From Perkinsus chesapeaki ATCC PRA-425 (taxonomy: Eukaryota > Protista > Perkinsozoa), in contig JAAPAO010000267.1 in the NCBI GenBank assembly GCA_013115145.1, forward strand, positions 1 through 44,867: 44,867 bases of DNA, written 5' to 3'. A program made the translations under genes and the position numbers. Positions 1-11,958 of this stretch are shown here, piece after piece (positions within the stretch are counted from its first letter, which is position 1; each line of letters begins with the position of its first letter). The notes beneath the pieces were generated by a model. That model searched no databases, was not told the DNA's origin, and saw only the letters and a list, made by a program, of their open reading frames with translations.

Positions 1-205
1 AAACGGAAATGAAACCGCGCTCGCATGAGCGAAGCGAAGTATCACAGATATACAAACGTCATGCATCTACAACCTAAACAATAGGCCCCCGCTGCCGCTG
101 CTGCTGCTGGTGGTGGTTGGACGTTCATAGGGTTCCATGGGAGCCCCGTTTGCTAAATTTTCCTAGCTGACCCGCTCTGCTATAACTGATGCATGACAGA
201 TTCTT

Positions 206-302
206 ATTGAAATTCCCGGAAAATTTCCGGCAACTTTTTAATTGAAATTTCCGGAAAATTTCCGGCAATTTTTTCATAGAAATTTCCAGGAAATTTTCCT
301 GA
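206..302. repeat. Three ~35-nt direct repeats, each with a palindromic core
   Basis: Units start at 206, 241 and 276; core ccggaaa-a-tttccgg in copies 1-2 and caggaaa-t-tttcctg in copy 3. Confidence 0.85.
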
Positions 303-324
303 GTTTCTCTTTGTCAGCAATGAA

Positions 325-1905
325 ATGTGCATATTCTCCACCACTGATGATGGAGCTCTCGCACGCACGCGATTAATAATCACATCTGTCTGTCGTCAGA
401 GTCATCCATCAAAAGCTTCCGTTGACCAACCTAACTCAACAGAAAAGGGCGGCAACTCGAACCAGTCCACTCGTCGGACCTTCACGGCGAAGCCTTTGGC
501 ATGGATCTTCATGGGCCTTGACGCCTGTGGCATGCTTACCCCACATATGGTTACTTCTGTAATACTGTGCCGAGTGCCGCCGTGGTGGTGCAGACTTGTC
601 TCAGATCCTGGTATCCTTCATTCCGCTTACAATACAGCGCATCAGTCGCCACACAGATCGGTTGAGCCGAAAAATGTATAAACGATATAAAGAACTTCGC
701 CCTGTTCTCCAGGTAAGTGGGAGCAGCTAGAGGTGTCAGAATACCTACCTCAGAGCCTTCTCCTGGCAATAACGCCAATTCCTCCTTTGAAGTCATTTGT
801 GCCAACACTACAGGCTATAGTCAATCAGGGCTGTGATGCCCCACAGATGAGCACTATCGGCCAGTGGGTCGTGTCCTTTCTAAAAGCTCTTTCAACCCTC
901 AGTTTCGACGCTCAAGTCCAGGTCGGCGGTATACACCTCGAACATCCTGTGTCTTGATGTCCTCTTCTTCAGGTAGTCACCATTATAGTGCCCAACTGGA
1001 TCCCTCTCATGCACAAAATAATAGTAAATTCTTCGTTATCTCAAACGCCTGTCGCCACCAAGGAGGAGCTCACTCACGAAGGTAGCGGCAGTAGCTTGCT
1101 GCTTGGCGGCGTTCTTCCTCCCAGGTGCCAGCTGTGATGGGTGTGGTTGCAAGCCGATCGTTGGTCCGCTGTTCAAGTGCCAAAGCTGTGCCTACGAGCT
1201 CTGCGGTGAGTGCTACCCGATGAGGAGCAGCATACACTGCCCCTTGCACGACTTCAATTGCGTTCTCCGTCCGAAGAAGCAACCGGTGGGTAAAAGGGCT
1301 CGTGGTCATTTCCTATTTTTCTATCAGATTAATGTTGACGAGGCGAGCAAGAAAACCAACACTTCAAACGCCAAAGAGGAGCCCGACGAACCCGAGACAG
1401 ACTCCAGTATAGGCACGGATACGGACGAGCAAACTTCGCAGGATGATGATGAGGAAGAAGAGACCGATGGATGCTGCTCTTCCGAGGTAGCGCATGCGTG
1501 CTAGGTGTTACCAGCATGGTGCACTCTGTCAGGAGAATAATGGCAATAACGGCATGAAGTGCCCTTTTGTTGAAGTTGCTAAGAAGGCTATCTCCCGAAA
1601 TGGTGAAAGGAGATAACTCGGCAGAAGAAGGTTTCTTAAACTACTAGATAACATTAGATGGACTGCGCTTCCGCAGGAACAGTTGTTAAACCGGAATTAT
1701 TGAGGGCGTACGATGCAGCCGTTGGTATGCAAACAATAACAACAGCCTTCAAGTTTATTCGGGCAGTTCGATTCCTCCGTCGCGACTTTCCAACGATGCA
1801 TTGTTGAGTTACTTAGTATTAAGTTGCAAACAACGAGCAACGTGAATAAAACATCATTGAGACATAAGCTTGTCGGCAAGACAATCACACTTCTGTTCAA
1901 CAAGT
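325..1905 (+). CDS. Multi-exon ZZ-type zinc-finger protein (both ends uncertain)
   Basis: Removing intron 1082-1124 gives HEGASCDGCGCKPIVGPLFKCQSCAYELCGECYPMRSSIHCPLHDF, the ZZ consensus; an acidic tract follows. Upstream exons join in frame (intron ~713-753). Downstream exons to ~1905 are tentative. Confidence 0.65.
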
Positions 1906-2174
1906 AGCCGAATGCCCGGTGGCCTCGAAGGGTGACATAAACCCGAATGCCTCTTAGATGAACACACTTTTAATGGATTCCATTTGCTATTAAGATGGTA
2001 AACATTAAGATGGTATTAACATGCCTGACTGAGGCATGTCACTTAAGATCCGCTGTCTTGTATATAATACTCCAACTCAACTGTATTAACACTGAGCAAT
2101 CTCCGTTTACACTGGATGGAAACTACTAGTAGCTTCTTCTTCTTCTAATAACTCCTCCTCCCATCACCACCATC

Positions 2175-3354
2175 TCACAGCTGAGCTTGATCAATGCCTC
2201 CTTGGGCCTCGGCTTCGCGGTTCCATTGATCTATCATAGCCCGGCGCTCCTCAGAAGTTTGTCTTTCGCGACCGCGATCTCTGTCACGACGGTCATCGCG
2301 GCCACCGCCACTGCGACGTCCGCGGTCTTCATGGTGATGATGGTGACCACCACGATGACCACGATCGCGACCTGAAATGATTGTGGCCGGGAATAAATAT
2401 ACTTTCCACGTACTTCTGGAACGGCGACGCTCTCTTGATCTCGATCTTGAACGGCTGCGATACTCCGGATGCTGCTCGTACATCTTACGGTACAATCTCC
2501 TGTGACGGGATGATGCAGGATACTTTAACCAGCATCATCGAGGCTACCTCCTCAGCTTCCTCGGTACATGCTTCCAATGGATGAAGTTACAGAAGCCACC
2601 TCGAGAACACTGAGCATCATCAAATTGACGGCACCTGTATGAGATGCCTGACATGCAATCTTCATAGTGCGCATAATCACTATGATGAAAAGCAGCAGCT
2701 AAGATACCACCTTACCCCCGCCCCGTAGCGAAGCTACTACCAACTAATTATTAACTACCTGGCTTCACTGAAATCCGTGACAGGTGAATACTCGGGCTGG
2801 ATTATACGGCCAGCATAGAATCTGATGAGTCACATACCATCACCACCTTCCACCACAGCTGATCACCTTCCTGTTAATTTCTGAATACATACTTCAGCGC
2901 TCTCCTCTTTAACGTATTTAACGTAGACGTTTCCAATCATATGGTCCCCAATATTATCAACGACCGCAAGATCCTCAATTTCCCCTATAAAATGAAACAG
3001 TCTTTCCTGCCAATCCGAATCCATTGTACCATAATTGGCCAGCTCTTGGAAGACTTCGTCATAGAACGCCTCGAAGTGTTCTTGAGCGGCATCGGCCTGC
3101 TCGTCAGCCACATCCTGGCCTTCAGCTAGAGCGATAGCGGCAGGAGGGTTCTGATGAGCAGGAGTGCAGACTAAGCAGCACAAGGGAAACTCTACCTGGT
3201 ACATGCCCTTAAGGAGGACCGTCTGACTCGATACCGGCCTATTATGCTGTCGGGAGCACTGGTCTCCGTGACGGCATGTACCAATCTTGAAATAGAAGGG
3301 ACAGTTTACACGGTCCTCCTCGGTACCAAAGATTCGGGCAAGATGCTCAGCCAT
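2175..3354 (-). CDS. U2AF1: U2 snRNP auxiliary factor small subunit (U2AF35)
   Basis: MAEHLARIFGTEEDRVNCPFYFKIGTCRHGDQCSR (CCCH1), UHM with VVDNIGDHMIGNVYVKY, YSPVTDFSEAR|CRQFDDAQCSRGGFCNFIH (CCCH2), RS/RD tail; GT-AG introns. Confidence 0.97.
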
Positions 3355-3690
3355 TCAAGGTAAGAGGTAGCAGAGTATCCTTCTAACTACTGCTGCTGGA
3401 ATCCAATAAATAATTATTCACCCCCACAGGCTCATCCATATACATCTGACATGCCTCCACGATCCATCCCCAAATATGACCAGGGCACCGAAAGCGATAT
3501 TCAGCAGCAAAACCCACAAGCCGGAAGAGCAAAATTTCTTGTTTAGCTTACTATGAATGTGACTGCTACCTACTTAAACCTCGAAACACCCAAATTAACA
3601 TTATCGATTACATGGGCGTGCGCTTTTGTAAAAAAGCGATTAATTTTTCCAAGCTTTCCAGGACCGGTTCCTTGAACAAGACATCGTTTC

Positions 3691-3704
3691 CAGAATCGAT
3701 TCTG
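3691..3704. promoter_or_regulatory. Perfect 14-bp palindrome in the divergent intergenic region
   Basis: cagaatcgattctg is self-complementary and lies between divergent starts at 3354(-) and 3787/3811(+). Function is inferred only. Confidence 0.3.
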
Positions 3705-3786
3705 AGTTCCAAAATTGGTTTATTGAACGAGCGGTTGAATTCCAAAGGCACATGCCATGATGCCTCTACTTTGATGTAAATCGAAC

Positions 3787-4557
3787 GTGAGTCAATCAGT
3801 TCAATTCTTAATGTTATCGATCCTGCTGTTGAACCTTGCTGGTGTTGCTGTCACCATTGCCAAAGAGACGAAATTTTACTGTCATTTCTATCAAGAGTTG
3901 CAGTCGGTATGTCTACAAAAGGTTGGTGATGAATTAAAAAGTATATCCAAACACACTGTCCATGCCTTCAAAAGTAACCCAGCAGAGCCCCTTTATACTA
4001 GCATCACTTGGCCGACTCGGCTTTCGTTTAATGGTCGTGCTGGAATTCTTGGTATTCCCGATGATGTTCTGCTACCATGGCCAGCTGACCACTATGCTAC
4101 GTTCAGGAAAACCGTCGTATTCGAAGGTCCTACCTACTATGATATGAGTTTCAAAGAAGAGGAAGACAATAAAAGATTCACAAAGTTGATGCCAATCTCG
4201 GCGCACACGATTGATCGTGACGGAAGATCAAATAATATCCTAGGCGAATTCATATCTGATCTGCCACAACCACTGGTAGCTACGGTAACGAGAGCAGAGA
4301 ATGGGGAAATATCCACAAACATTTCATATACTCTGCGGAAGGGGGGGAAGGTCAATTTAGAAAAGGTTAAAAGTACTGACGATGTTCGTGTGATGGTTCT
4401 GAAAAGAGGCCCAATCAAGGCGAAGGCATTCTTCTTCAGACTGCCTACTAAAACTGTTCAATACGGCCTTATGGTCTATACCGAAAACAAGTGTATTATA
4501 CTGTATAAAGCTGATCAAATACGCTTGAGAGGGCATCACAAGCTGTCACCAGGGTGA
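3787..4557 (+). CDS. Intronless putative secreted protein, family unknown (likely ATG at 3811)
   Basis: 256-codon uninterrupted ORF; hydrophobic N-terminus MLSILLLNLAGVAVTIA-KE resembles a signal peptide. Confidence 0.7.
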   Translation: MSQSVQFLMLSILLLNLAGVAVTIAKETKFYCHFYQELQSVCLQKVGDELKSISKHTVHAFKSNPAEPLYTSITWPTRLSFNGRAGILGIPDDVLLPWPADHYATFRKTVVFEGPTYYDMSFKEEEDNKRFTKLMPISAHTIDRDGRSNNILGEFISDLPQPLVATVTRAENGEISTNISYTLRKGGKVNLEKVKSTDDVRVMVLKRGPIKAKAFFFRLPTKTVQYGLMVYTENKCIILYKADQIRLRGHHKLSPG

Positions 4558-5445
4558 GCTATTAGTTTCACTTGAGACACTACATTTGTATTAATGCAGA
4601 TACATCATCGACCGTCATACCGGGCAATCCTTGGATCTTATTCAGCTTTAATCACCTTGACCGTGTTAAACATTGTATTTATCGAATCTTATATCAATGC
4701 ATGTTTTAAGATGTATCGTTGTTGTTAGAATTCGTGTAGAGTTTGAGTGAGATGCTTGCCTCTATAACCGTGCATCGATAACACCACGCCCATTTGCTGG
4801 CTAAAGCGTCGTTGCGGCGACTACCACATCTCCGCTCGCCTCGCAGCAATCGATGACACTTAATAACACAACATGAATACAATAACATAATCATGTTGAT
4901 ATTCAAGTCTGTTGCTTAGACCGCCTTGTCGGCGGGAACCTAGGTCGATTTCCGCGAGCAACGGCAGGGGGTTTGATACCGCCAGGTAGCATCTCGTGTA
5001 GCGTCTGCGCCGCTGCTGTGATCGGGATGGCGACCTACAACAACATGTGCTTCATTTGATATAAATAGACAAGAGAACGAACGGCTTAACATCACCGGGA
5101 CGACAAGACAAAGCCTGAATCCCTTTTATAGAATCCAGCAATCTCTTTCGATGGGCATGTCAAATTCGATCGCTATGAAAAGCTAAGCGAAGTGGGCCTT
5201 TATTTTGATGCACTTTGTAGAATAGAGATACTAGAACTGTTATACCGGCAATCGCAGAAGGAGTCTGGTGTTAGACTGCAAAGGCGAATGCTGAAGCAAG
5301 AAATGATAAAATAACCGTCTCACCGCCAGAAGCCTCTCGATAGTTTCCGTTAGTTCATCATCCATAACGCTTCTTAAGCAGGCGAGGCGTAGACTGTTGA
5401 ACCCTGTTATTAGTGGCTTTCGGGCCGCCAACTTGAGAATGAAGC

Positions 5446-6650
5446 TCAATCTGAATGAACGTCGGAGCGGGTGAGACGTGCCACAAATCTAATGTTTGAT
5501 TAGATCGCATTGGCCTGGCCACTCACCTCTCCAGCTGCACTCTACGCGCAACAACTTCGCCCTTTGGTGGTTCACTCCGCAATCGGGCCAGAGCGTACCG
5601 AGAATCGCTCTGATGAGACTGCCTTTTGCGAAGCACGTTACTCAAGCTCATTGTCCCCAATGCTACGGACAGCTGGAACGAAAGGCTTGGTTGTTACAGC
5701 AACCAGAGCGAGGCTTGTAACTCACCCTTCTTTCTATTTGCCGATGACGATTCACGTCTGCCGCCGTCAGTGCCTGATGGCTGCGCAAGTCACCCCTGAG
5801 ACGGAATAGGAGCCTATTAGGTGATGTTGGCGTTACTGTAGCCTCCGGGCATGTGCCTGGCTGACTGTGGCGCTGATGTGGGATTGCCATATGAACGACT
5901 TGAAGACATAAATTCTCCATTGACCGAACGCTCCTTGCAGAAGGAGCAGTATCTGATTTTAAGGGTCAAAATGAGCAGCGGATATGCGCGAGCAGTTTTT
6001 ACACCTTTCGCTTTATCCACATCGACACTGTGAGGGCAGACGACATCAGCAGGCGACACTCGAACACGGACACTTTCAGAGAACAACAGATCTGAGCAGC
6101 GCACCTGGGCGATTAAATTACCCCAAAGTCCTCACTTTGCCGAGTCGGCTGAACGACCACCGGAGCAGTTGCCGCCTTAGGACAAGCGCAAGGCGCCCAG
6201 CGGCCCGTTGGCGTTGATGGAGTGACGATCCTGGAGCAAGCCAGGTCGTCTCTGGGCTACTGGGACCGCCTTACGCCTGATCCTCTCTACAAGGGCAGTC
6301 GCACGAGCAACAGCGTCGTCTATTTCCCAGAGGACTTTGCCGTTGCAATCAATTGGTGTATCGGTAGCTTTATCTACCAATGGAGCTTTGCAGCGAATGA
6401 CGATGTCCTTAGCTCACATCGCTGAGGCAATGGTGTGTGGCTGGCTGCTAGGTCGACTGAGACGTGGAACTGCTCTCCCCTTGTGATCGAGCCAGAACCA
6501 CTTCTTTCTGGTGTGTGTTGCCGACTTCTGTCCTCCGATAAACACCTCCGGCTTTCAGTAACGTACACTGGCCTTTGATGAGATAATCTAGCATGTAGAC
6601 TACTCGCCCCCCGGGGATGCTCCGCGCTGTTGGCTTTCAGTTGAGTCATT
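5446..6650 (-). CDS. Hypothetical multi-exon gene (5' end uncertain)
   Basis: In-frame exon chain with canonical sites: VDKAK|DTAPSARS...HRQIERR|LSVALGTMSLS...VQLER|FVARLTRSDVHSD*. No domain recognised. More exon-like pieces at ~4900-5370. Confidence 0.4.
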
Positions 6651-7328
6651 TACCAATATAACGCCTATCCTTGATTGCCGGTCACTAAACTACTAACACG
6701 TCCTCACCTACAGTATTTACATACTCTCTATTCGCGGAAGTACAAGTGGAACAGCACAAATATAATCACCTCGAACCGCCCGTAAATCGATCATACCGTC
6801 CTGGGTTTGGTGCACGCGGTATCTTGTCAAGGTTTATTGTCAAAAATTTCTCTTAAGGATTTTTTGAGAATATAAAGCTGCATTGAGATATGTTGTCAAG
6901 CTCTTGTCTAAGCCGAGCCCATTTCTGGCCGAGTCTGCTCAACAATACTATCTTTTACTCAGATGTCCGTCGACCGATCTGAACTTTCCTCCAAGGTTCC
7001 TTGCCAAGATATGTAGCCTACGTTATGTGGGGCGACCACCTCATCGTATTGCTAGTGTACATTTTCGCGAGATGCGTGTGAAACCGTTTACATGTCCGGT
7101 GTCTTGGGGAACGGTTGTTGTTGTTGTTGTTTCAGCTTATAGTCCGACGTCCCTTGGGCTTAGTCAGACTCCAGTTTACCGTATCTTGCCTTGTGTAAGC
7201 CTTGTTGTTGGAAGTAGTACCATGCGACACATTGTTCTAGTTGGGGAAAGGTGTGAGCGTATTCCTCCGCGGAGGATCCGGCTATCGATTGTATATTATT
7301 GAGATACTTCACAACACAACAACAAGTG

Positions 7329-8083
7329 CTAAAGAGCCAATGCGAATACGGATACAACAACGTCCATGTTGAGAGATTGGTCCCACCGTATCTGAACTCG
7401 GGTCAAATCTTGATGAATATATCGGGCAACTGTTACCGTGACAGAACCATCGGCTGATGAATCCCAGTGGCACGTTGCTGAGTGATGCAACCTGATGATA
7501 AGCTATGCTGCTTCTTCATAAATGGCTTGGGTTACCCAGCTCCCTTTTCCTGTATTGTCACCGATACTATGTACTTGAAGTTGTCACTTGCTTCCTGAGG
7601 GAGGAGAGCAAGTATGATGAGTAACCCAGACATCATCCATTATCTTCTTCGTCATCATCTACAACGTCTATCTTTTACCGGTGAATATGGTTTTACCAGT
7701 CCTTGGCGATCGAGGCGAGAGGTAGTAGCGACGGATAACTCTCAAGAGGATTCCTAGTGCATCGGCCTAGTGCAACTACCGACAATTTCTCAGTGGTAAA
7801 AGAAACACACTGTAGAGCCAGCAGTGAGCAGTGGGCAGCCTCCTCCCTCTCTGGTAAAAAGTACCTTGAGCTTTCCCACCACCTTGAGGCCTATTTGATC
7901 TGCCCACTGTTGTGCTCTCTTAGCCTCGTATTCGTCACCTGACTTGATCGTGGACCGTAGCACTTGCCGGACCTAGAAGGGCGGCGGCGGCGGCGGTCTG
8001 GAGGGCTATACTAGACCGATAGCACTGACCAAGTCCGTGGTGACGTCCTCCATACCCACAAACGATGTGATCTCTTGAACCAT
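7329..8083 (-). CDS. DYNLT1: Dynein light chain, Tctex-1 type (absent from ORF track)
   Basis: Five exons join to MVQEITSFVGMEDVTTDL|VRQVLRSTIKSGDEYEAKRAQQWADQIGLKVVGKLK|EASDNFKYIVSVTIQEKGAG|LHHSATCHWDSSADGSVT|IRWDQSLNMDVVVSVFALAL*, matching FKYIV..I.QK.GAGLH....C.WD...DGS..VRW. Confidence 0.92.
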
Positions 8084-8213
8084 TATATACCCACTAAAGG
8101 GGACAATTGACACAATTGACTCAACTCAAGGGCGACGGCATATAGCAGTGCACAAGAGCGATACAACAACATGGTCGCAGGTGGCATCTAGGGCAGCAGT
8201 GACCCGCAGTTGG

Positions 8214-11200
8214 TCATGCTCGGGCAGCAGCAGCCACCGCCGCATCACTCTCCCATCGAAAGCTTGTGCTTATGGATATCGCCGATTGACTCTGACACAA
8301 GAAAAAGACACTTAGCAAGGGGTCATAGAGGAGGAACATCTGATGCTTCCGGTTAGGAACATCTGATGCTCCCGGTTTGGAACATCTGATGCTTCCGGTT
8401 AGGAACATCTGATGCTTCCGGTTAGGAACCCATCTGATGCTTCCGGTTAGGAACCCATCTGATGCTTCCGGTTAGGAACATCTGATGCTTCCGGTTAGGA
8501 ACATCTGATGCTCCCGGTTAGGAACATCTGATGCTTCCGGTTAGTAACCCATCTGATGCTCCCGGTTAGGAACATCTGATGCTCCCGGTTAGGAACATCT
8601 GATGCTCCCGGTTAGGAACATCTGATGCTTCCGGTTAGGAACCCATCTGATGCTCCCTTTTCCGCCTCCACATCAGAAACACTGTTCAATCCCCGAGGAA
8701 CACATTCCTGTGAGGCCAGTTTATCCCCTGACACTCAGCCCCCTATCGCAGCTGACTAGCTCGATCCGAAATAAACCCGGCAAGTATCCCGCCCCCTCGA
8801 CCCCTCACCAAAGCTGGAGCTATTAGAGAGCCCGGCCGAATTAGGGGTGTTCCTCGCCGTTCGATCGCCTTCACTTCTTCCGATGTCAGCAGCGGCCAAA
8901 AGACGGTTCTTGACGTCTATCTCAGCCCGCAGTTCTTCCACTTCCTCCTCCAGGACGTGCACTTTTCGACGAAGCTCCGAGTTTTCGCTCTAACAACGGC
9001 ATACCAATTTCAGCCAGACAGATAAATCTGACCATCAGTCTGGTGACTTCCTTCGGATCGCTCTCATTCATCGGCATGGAATCCGACAACTCCGGTGACT
9101 CCATAATAACCGGTGCGCTGGTGTCTCCGGCCTCGGAGACATCGCTCCCGATTCCAACAGACTCGCCCTATCACAGCGGCGCCCTGTCACCAAATCCCAC
9201 TGCTACCCGACCTTACCTGGTCCTCTTTGGGTTCCTCCTGTTGCTGAGATCTGGTGGCTTCAGCGAGCTCGGCCGCCTCTCTGGCTCGCATAGCCGCCAC
9301 CGCAGCCTAGACACCAGTAGCCAGTACCATGATAAGACCAGGATGCCTGCTACCTTCACATCGCCACCTGCTGCTTCGAGCTCCGCAAGACTTATATGCC
9401 TCACCTGACACAACGGAACACATTCGATTATAACCAGGAGGTCGGTTGAACGCTGCTGCCCCCGATCGAAGTAAACTCATATATAGATGCACACAAATCG
9501 ATTGGATTTTCTAACGGATGAGGATCTCACCTTCTGAACAACCATCGGAGGCGGTCGCGCTGCTGCTGCTGCTGCTGTTCCGATAGCTGCAGTACTCCTG
9601 GATGTAGCAGACGGAGGAGGGCCCGCCAAACTAGATCCGCTAGCACCTCGAGCAGACTGTAGGAGATCCGTCAGTGAATTCATGCCTGGGGGGAGGGGCC
9701 TTCAGAAGGGACAAGCTCCGTTCCGACCCACTTTGTAATGGTAATGAGCTTATTGAACGGCCAAGAGAGTTGCCCGTCATCTGAAGCCTCTGCGTGTAGT
9801 TGTACATCCCTATACGGAAAGAACACTAACTGTCAAATGCTCAAAGTGCCTTACTTGGCGGGGCTCCCTCCGATCCCGGCAGACAGGCTTCGATTCTAGG
9901 AGTACCAAAGGGCATCTGAAGGTCCGACCCCTGCCCTCGAACAATGCCCCTCCCTTGAGCCTTACCATAGCTGCGCTTGACCCGGGTCCCGATTGAAACG
10001 AAGAGCGCTGGACAGGTGTCGTCGGGACAGTCTGAAAAAAATGGTAGACGTGCCCGACTCAACGCCGTCCCATTGCGGAAATCTACCCATGGGTAGATTG
10101 GGTTGACGAGGACAAAAATGATGGAAAAATTTCGCAGAATCTCTGGCAAATTTTGGGACATCTCGATATGGAAGCGTATTTGATGAGGATATTTCAAACA
10201 CTCAACTGGGAGAGGCCGACACCGCTCACCTGAGTGCCAAAAGCAGCTCTGGCCGTCTGGGGCAGCTGAGAAGGAAGTTGCTGCATTGTGGCTGATAGAG
10301 CCAAGGGTGGCATTGCGAATGCTCCCAGTGATGCCCTTTGGCCTGCCAGCGGCGGAGCGTAACCCTTAGGAGCGTATATTGACATCTGAGACTGGCTAGA
10401 TGGAGTGTTGTGTGCTTTACCGCCACCCACCACTTACCCCGCGCGGAGCTGGGACCGTCTCCACAGGTCGTGAGTCCCGGCGAGTGACCGGCTGAGGCCG
10501 AATAATATAGATGATGCGGAGGCGTGGCTTACTGTTCCAGGCTCCGCTGCCACTGAGGACGGCGGGGCCATCTCATCCGATGCTCGTCGATTCTGCGGCT
10601 GAGAAGGCATGGCGGTGAAGGGAGGAAGGTTTGCCCAGTTGGGAGCGTTGGGAAGGACAGGGCTCGGCTGGGGGAACATGAACGATAATACTGTGGAATA
10701 TGAAATGGAGGAACCGGGATTCGAACTCGAGTCAGTTCTGAAGGCAACAACTGAGTAATGGTGTCAAAAGACAGCATGACATAGGGCCAGGGCAGCAAGC
10801 CCTTATACCTAAGTAGACGACGGCCAGTTACACATCATCCGCAGCTCCTCGCTACCCTCTGATGAGACGTACTGTCAGCGGAGTTATCAGCAAAATCGTC
10901 GGAGTGCGATAACGCATCCTAAAGAGCGTTTAGTAGGAGACGACATCGACAACCGCATTCATCAACCAAAGACCACGGCAATCGCAGCCTGCAGCTCACC
11001 CTATCAACTGTAGACACCCTGGGCGTTGTGGACCCCCTCAAGTTGCTGTAGCTCCTCCGAGGCGCCGCCCCAAAGAAACTCGACAACAGCCCTTGTGATC
11101 GGTTACTTTCGAGATGCTCGGCCGTGAGATGCTGAGACGTAAGCAGTTCTTGCGCGCCGCAATATTATTTCTTACCCTTAGCTTGTCTGCTATCTCATCC

Positions 11201-11502
11201 ACCACTTGCACCACTCTCTGTACATCCTTCCAATTGCTGTCCATGTCCCTCTCGAGCCGGCTCAGCTACCCCAAGGGATGCTCCAAGCCACGTCCAAAGG
11301 CTCTCCTCAGCCTACCCTCTCGAGAACTGCTTCGTGATGAGCTGACTCTGCTGCTTTGGCATCTTCGAGCTCCTTGAGGTAGTGGGTGCCATCAGTGAGG
11401 CCTCTTGCGGTGGCTAAGGGATAATCGATGACTTTGTGGAAGCCCGGAAGATCGGCGTCGGCGTTCGAAGCTCCTGGCTTCTCAATCACAAATTTCACGC
11501 GC
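8214..11502 (-). CDS. Exon chain for a coiled-coil, Ser/Pro/Gln-rich protein; separate gene or C-terminal extension of K+ channel B
   Basis: Exons RVKFVIEKPG...HHEAVLER|LSRLERDMDSNWKDVQRVV...KLR; PSQPQ-rich exons; heptad-like VLEEEVEELRAEIDVKNRLLAAA. The exon at 11502 follows an acceptor, with no clear start codon of its own. Confidence 0.5.
8333..8657. repeat. Minisatellite, 14 copies of a 23/25-nt unit
   Basis: Unit ggaac(cc)atctgatgct(t/c)ccggtta, head-to-tail with no spacers. Confidence 0.97.
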
Positions 11503-11958
11503 TTGAAAAAAAATAGTAGGTTTGTTCCGTTTATAAGGCTAGAAGAGGCTACATAATAGTCAAAATAATACCCCCAACAACTGCCTCCTCCATCCGGGGG
11601 ATCATCAATTAATATTTTATAATAACAGTAATCAATTTAATCACAATGGTACCAATTAGAGTATGTAGATATATATCAATAATAACCAAGCTGCCCTCAC
11701 CCCCACCCAATACAGCAATCGAAAGCCTACGTGTCTTTGAAGCTTCTATTTCCGCCTCCAAGGGATCGATGTCATCAGATACCATTTGGATGACCGACTG
11801 CCTCTCGCTGCCCGTGATCGAGGCTGAATAATAAATGTACTTTGGAAATACAAGGGCAAGCCGCCGCCGCTCACCTCGCCTGATGTGGGAGACTGACATT
11901 CGCGTCGGAAAGGACCTGATCCGAGTGGGCTCTGACTCTGCCTGAAATCTGGCACCTC

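Noticed and set aside
5700-5810. Tyrosine-recombinase/DIRS-like fragment (RLLFRLRG..ALTAADVN)
   Set aside because: No HSxRxG motif follows, and the segment splices into an ordinary exon chain.
6883-7302. 139-aa plus-strand ORF
   Set aside because: No ATG start, no domain and low-complexity content; likely spurious.
8333-8657. CRISPR-like array
   Set aside because: Units are contiguous with no unique spacers, no cas genes are present, and the context is eukaryotic.
9950-9962. Spliced-leader relic (ggctcaag on the minus strand)
   Set aside because: Only 8 nt match; the CCGTAGCCAT core is absent here, and I did not find it elsewhere by eye.
10715-10745. tRNA box-B / T-arm on the minus strand (gagttcgaatcccgg)
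   Set aside because: No matching acceptor or D arm; it reads in frame as coding SSSNPGSS.
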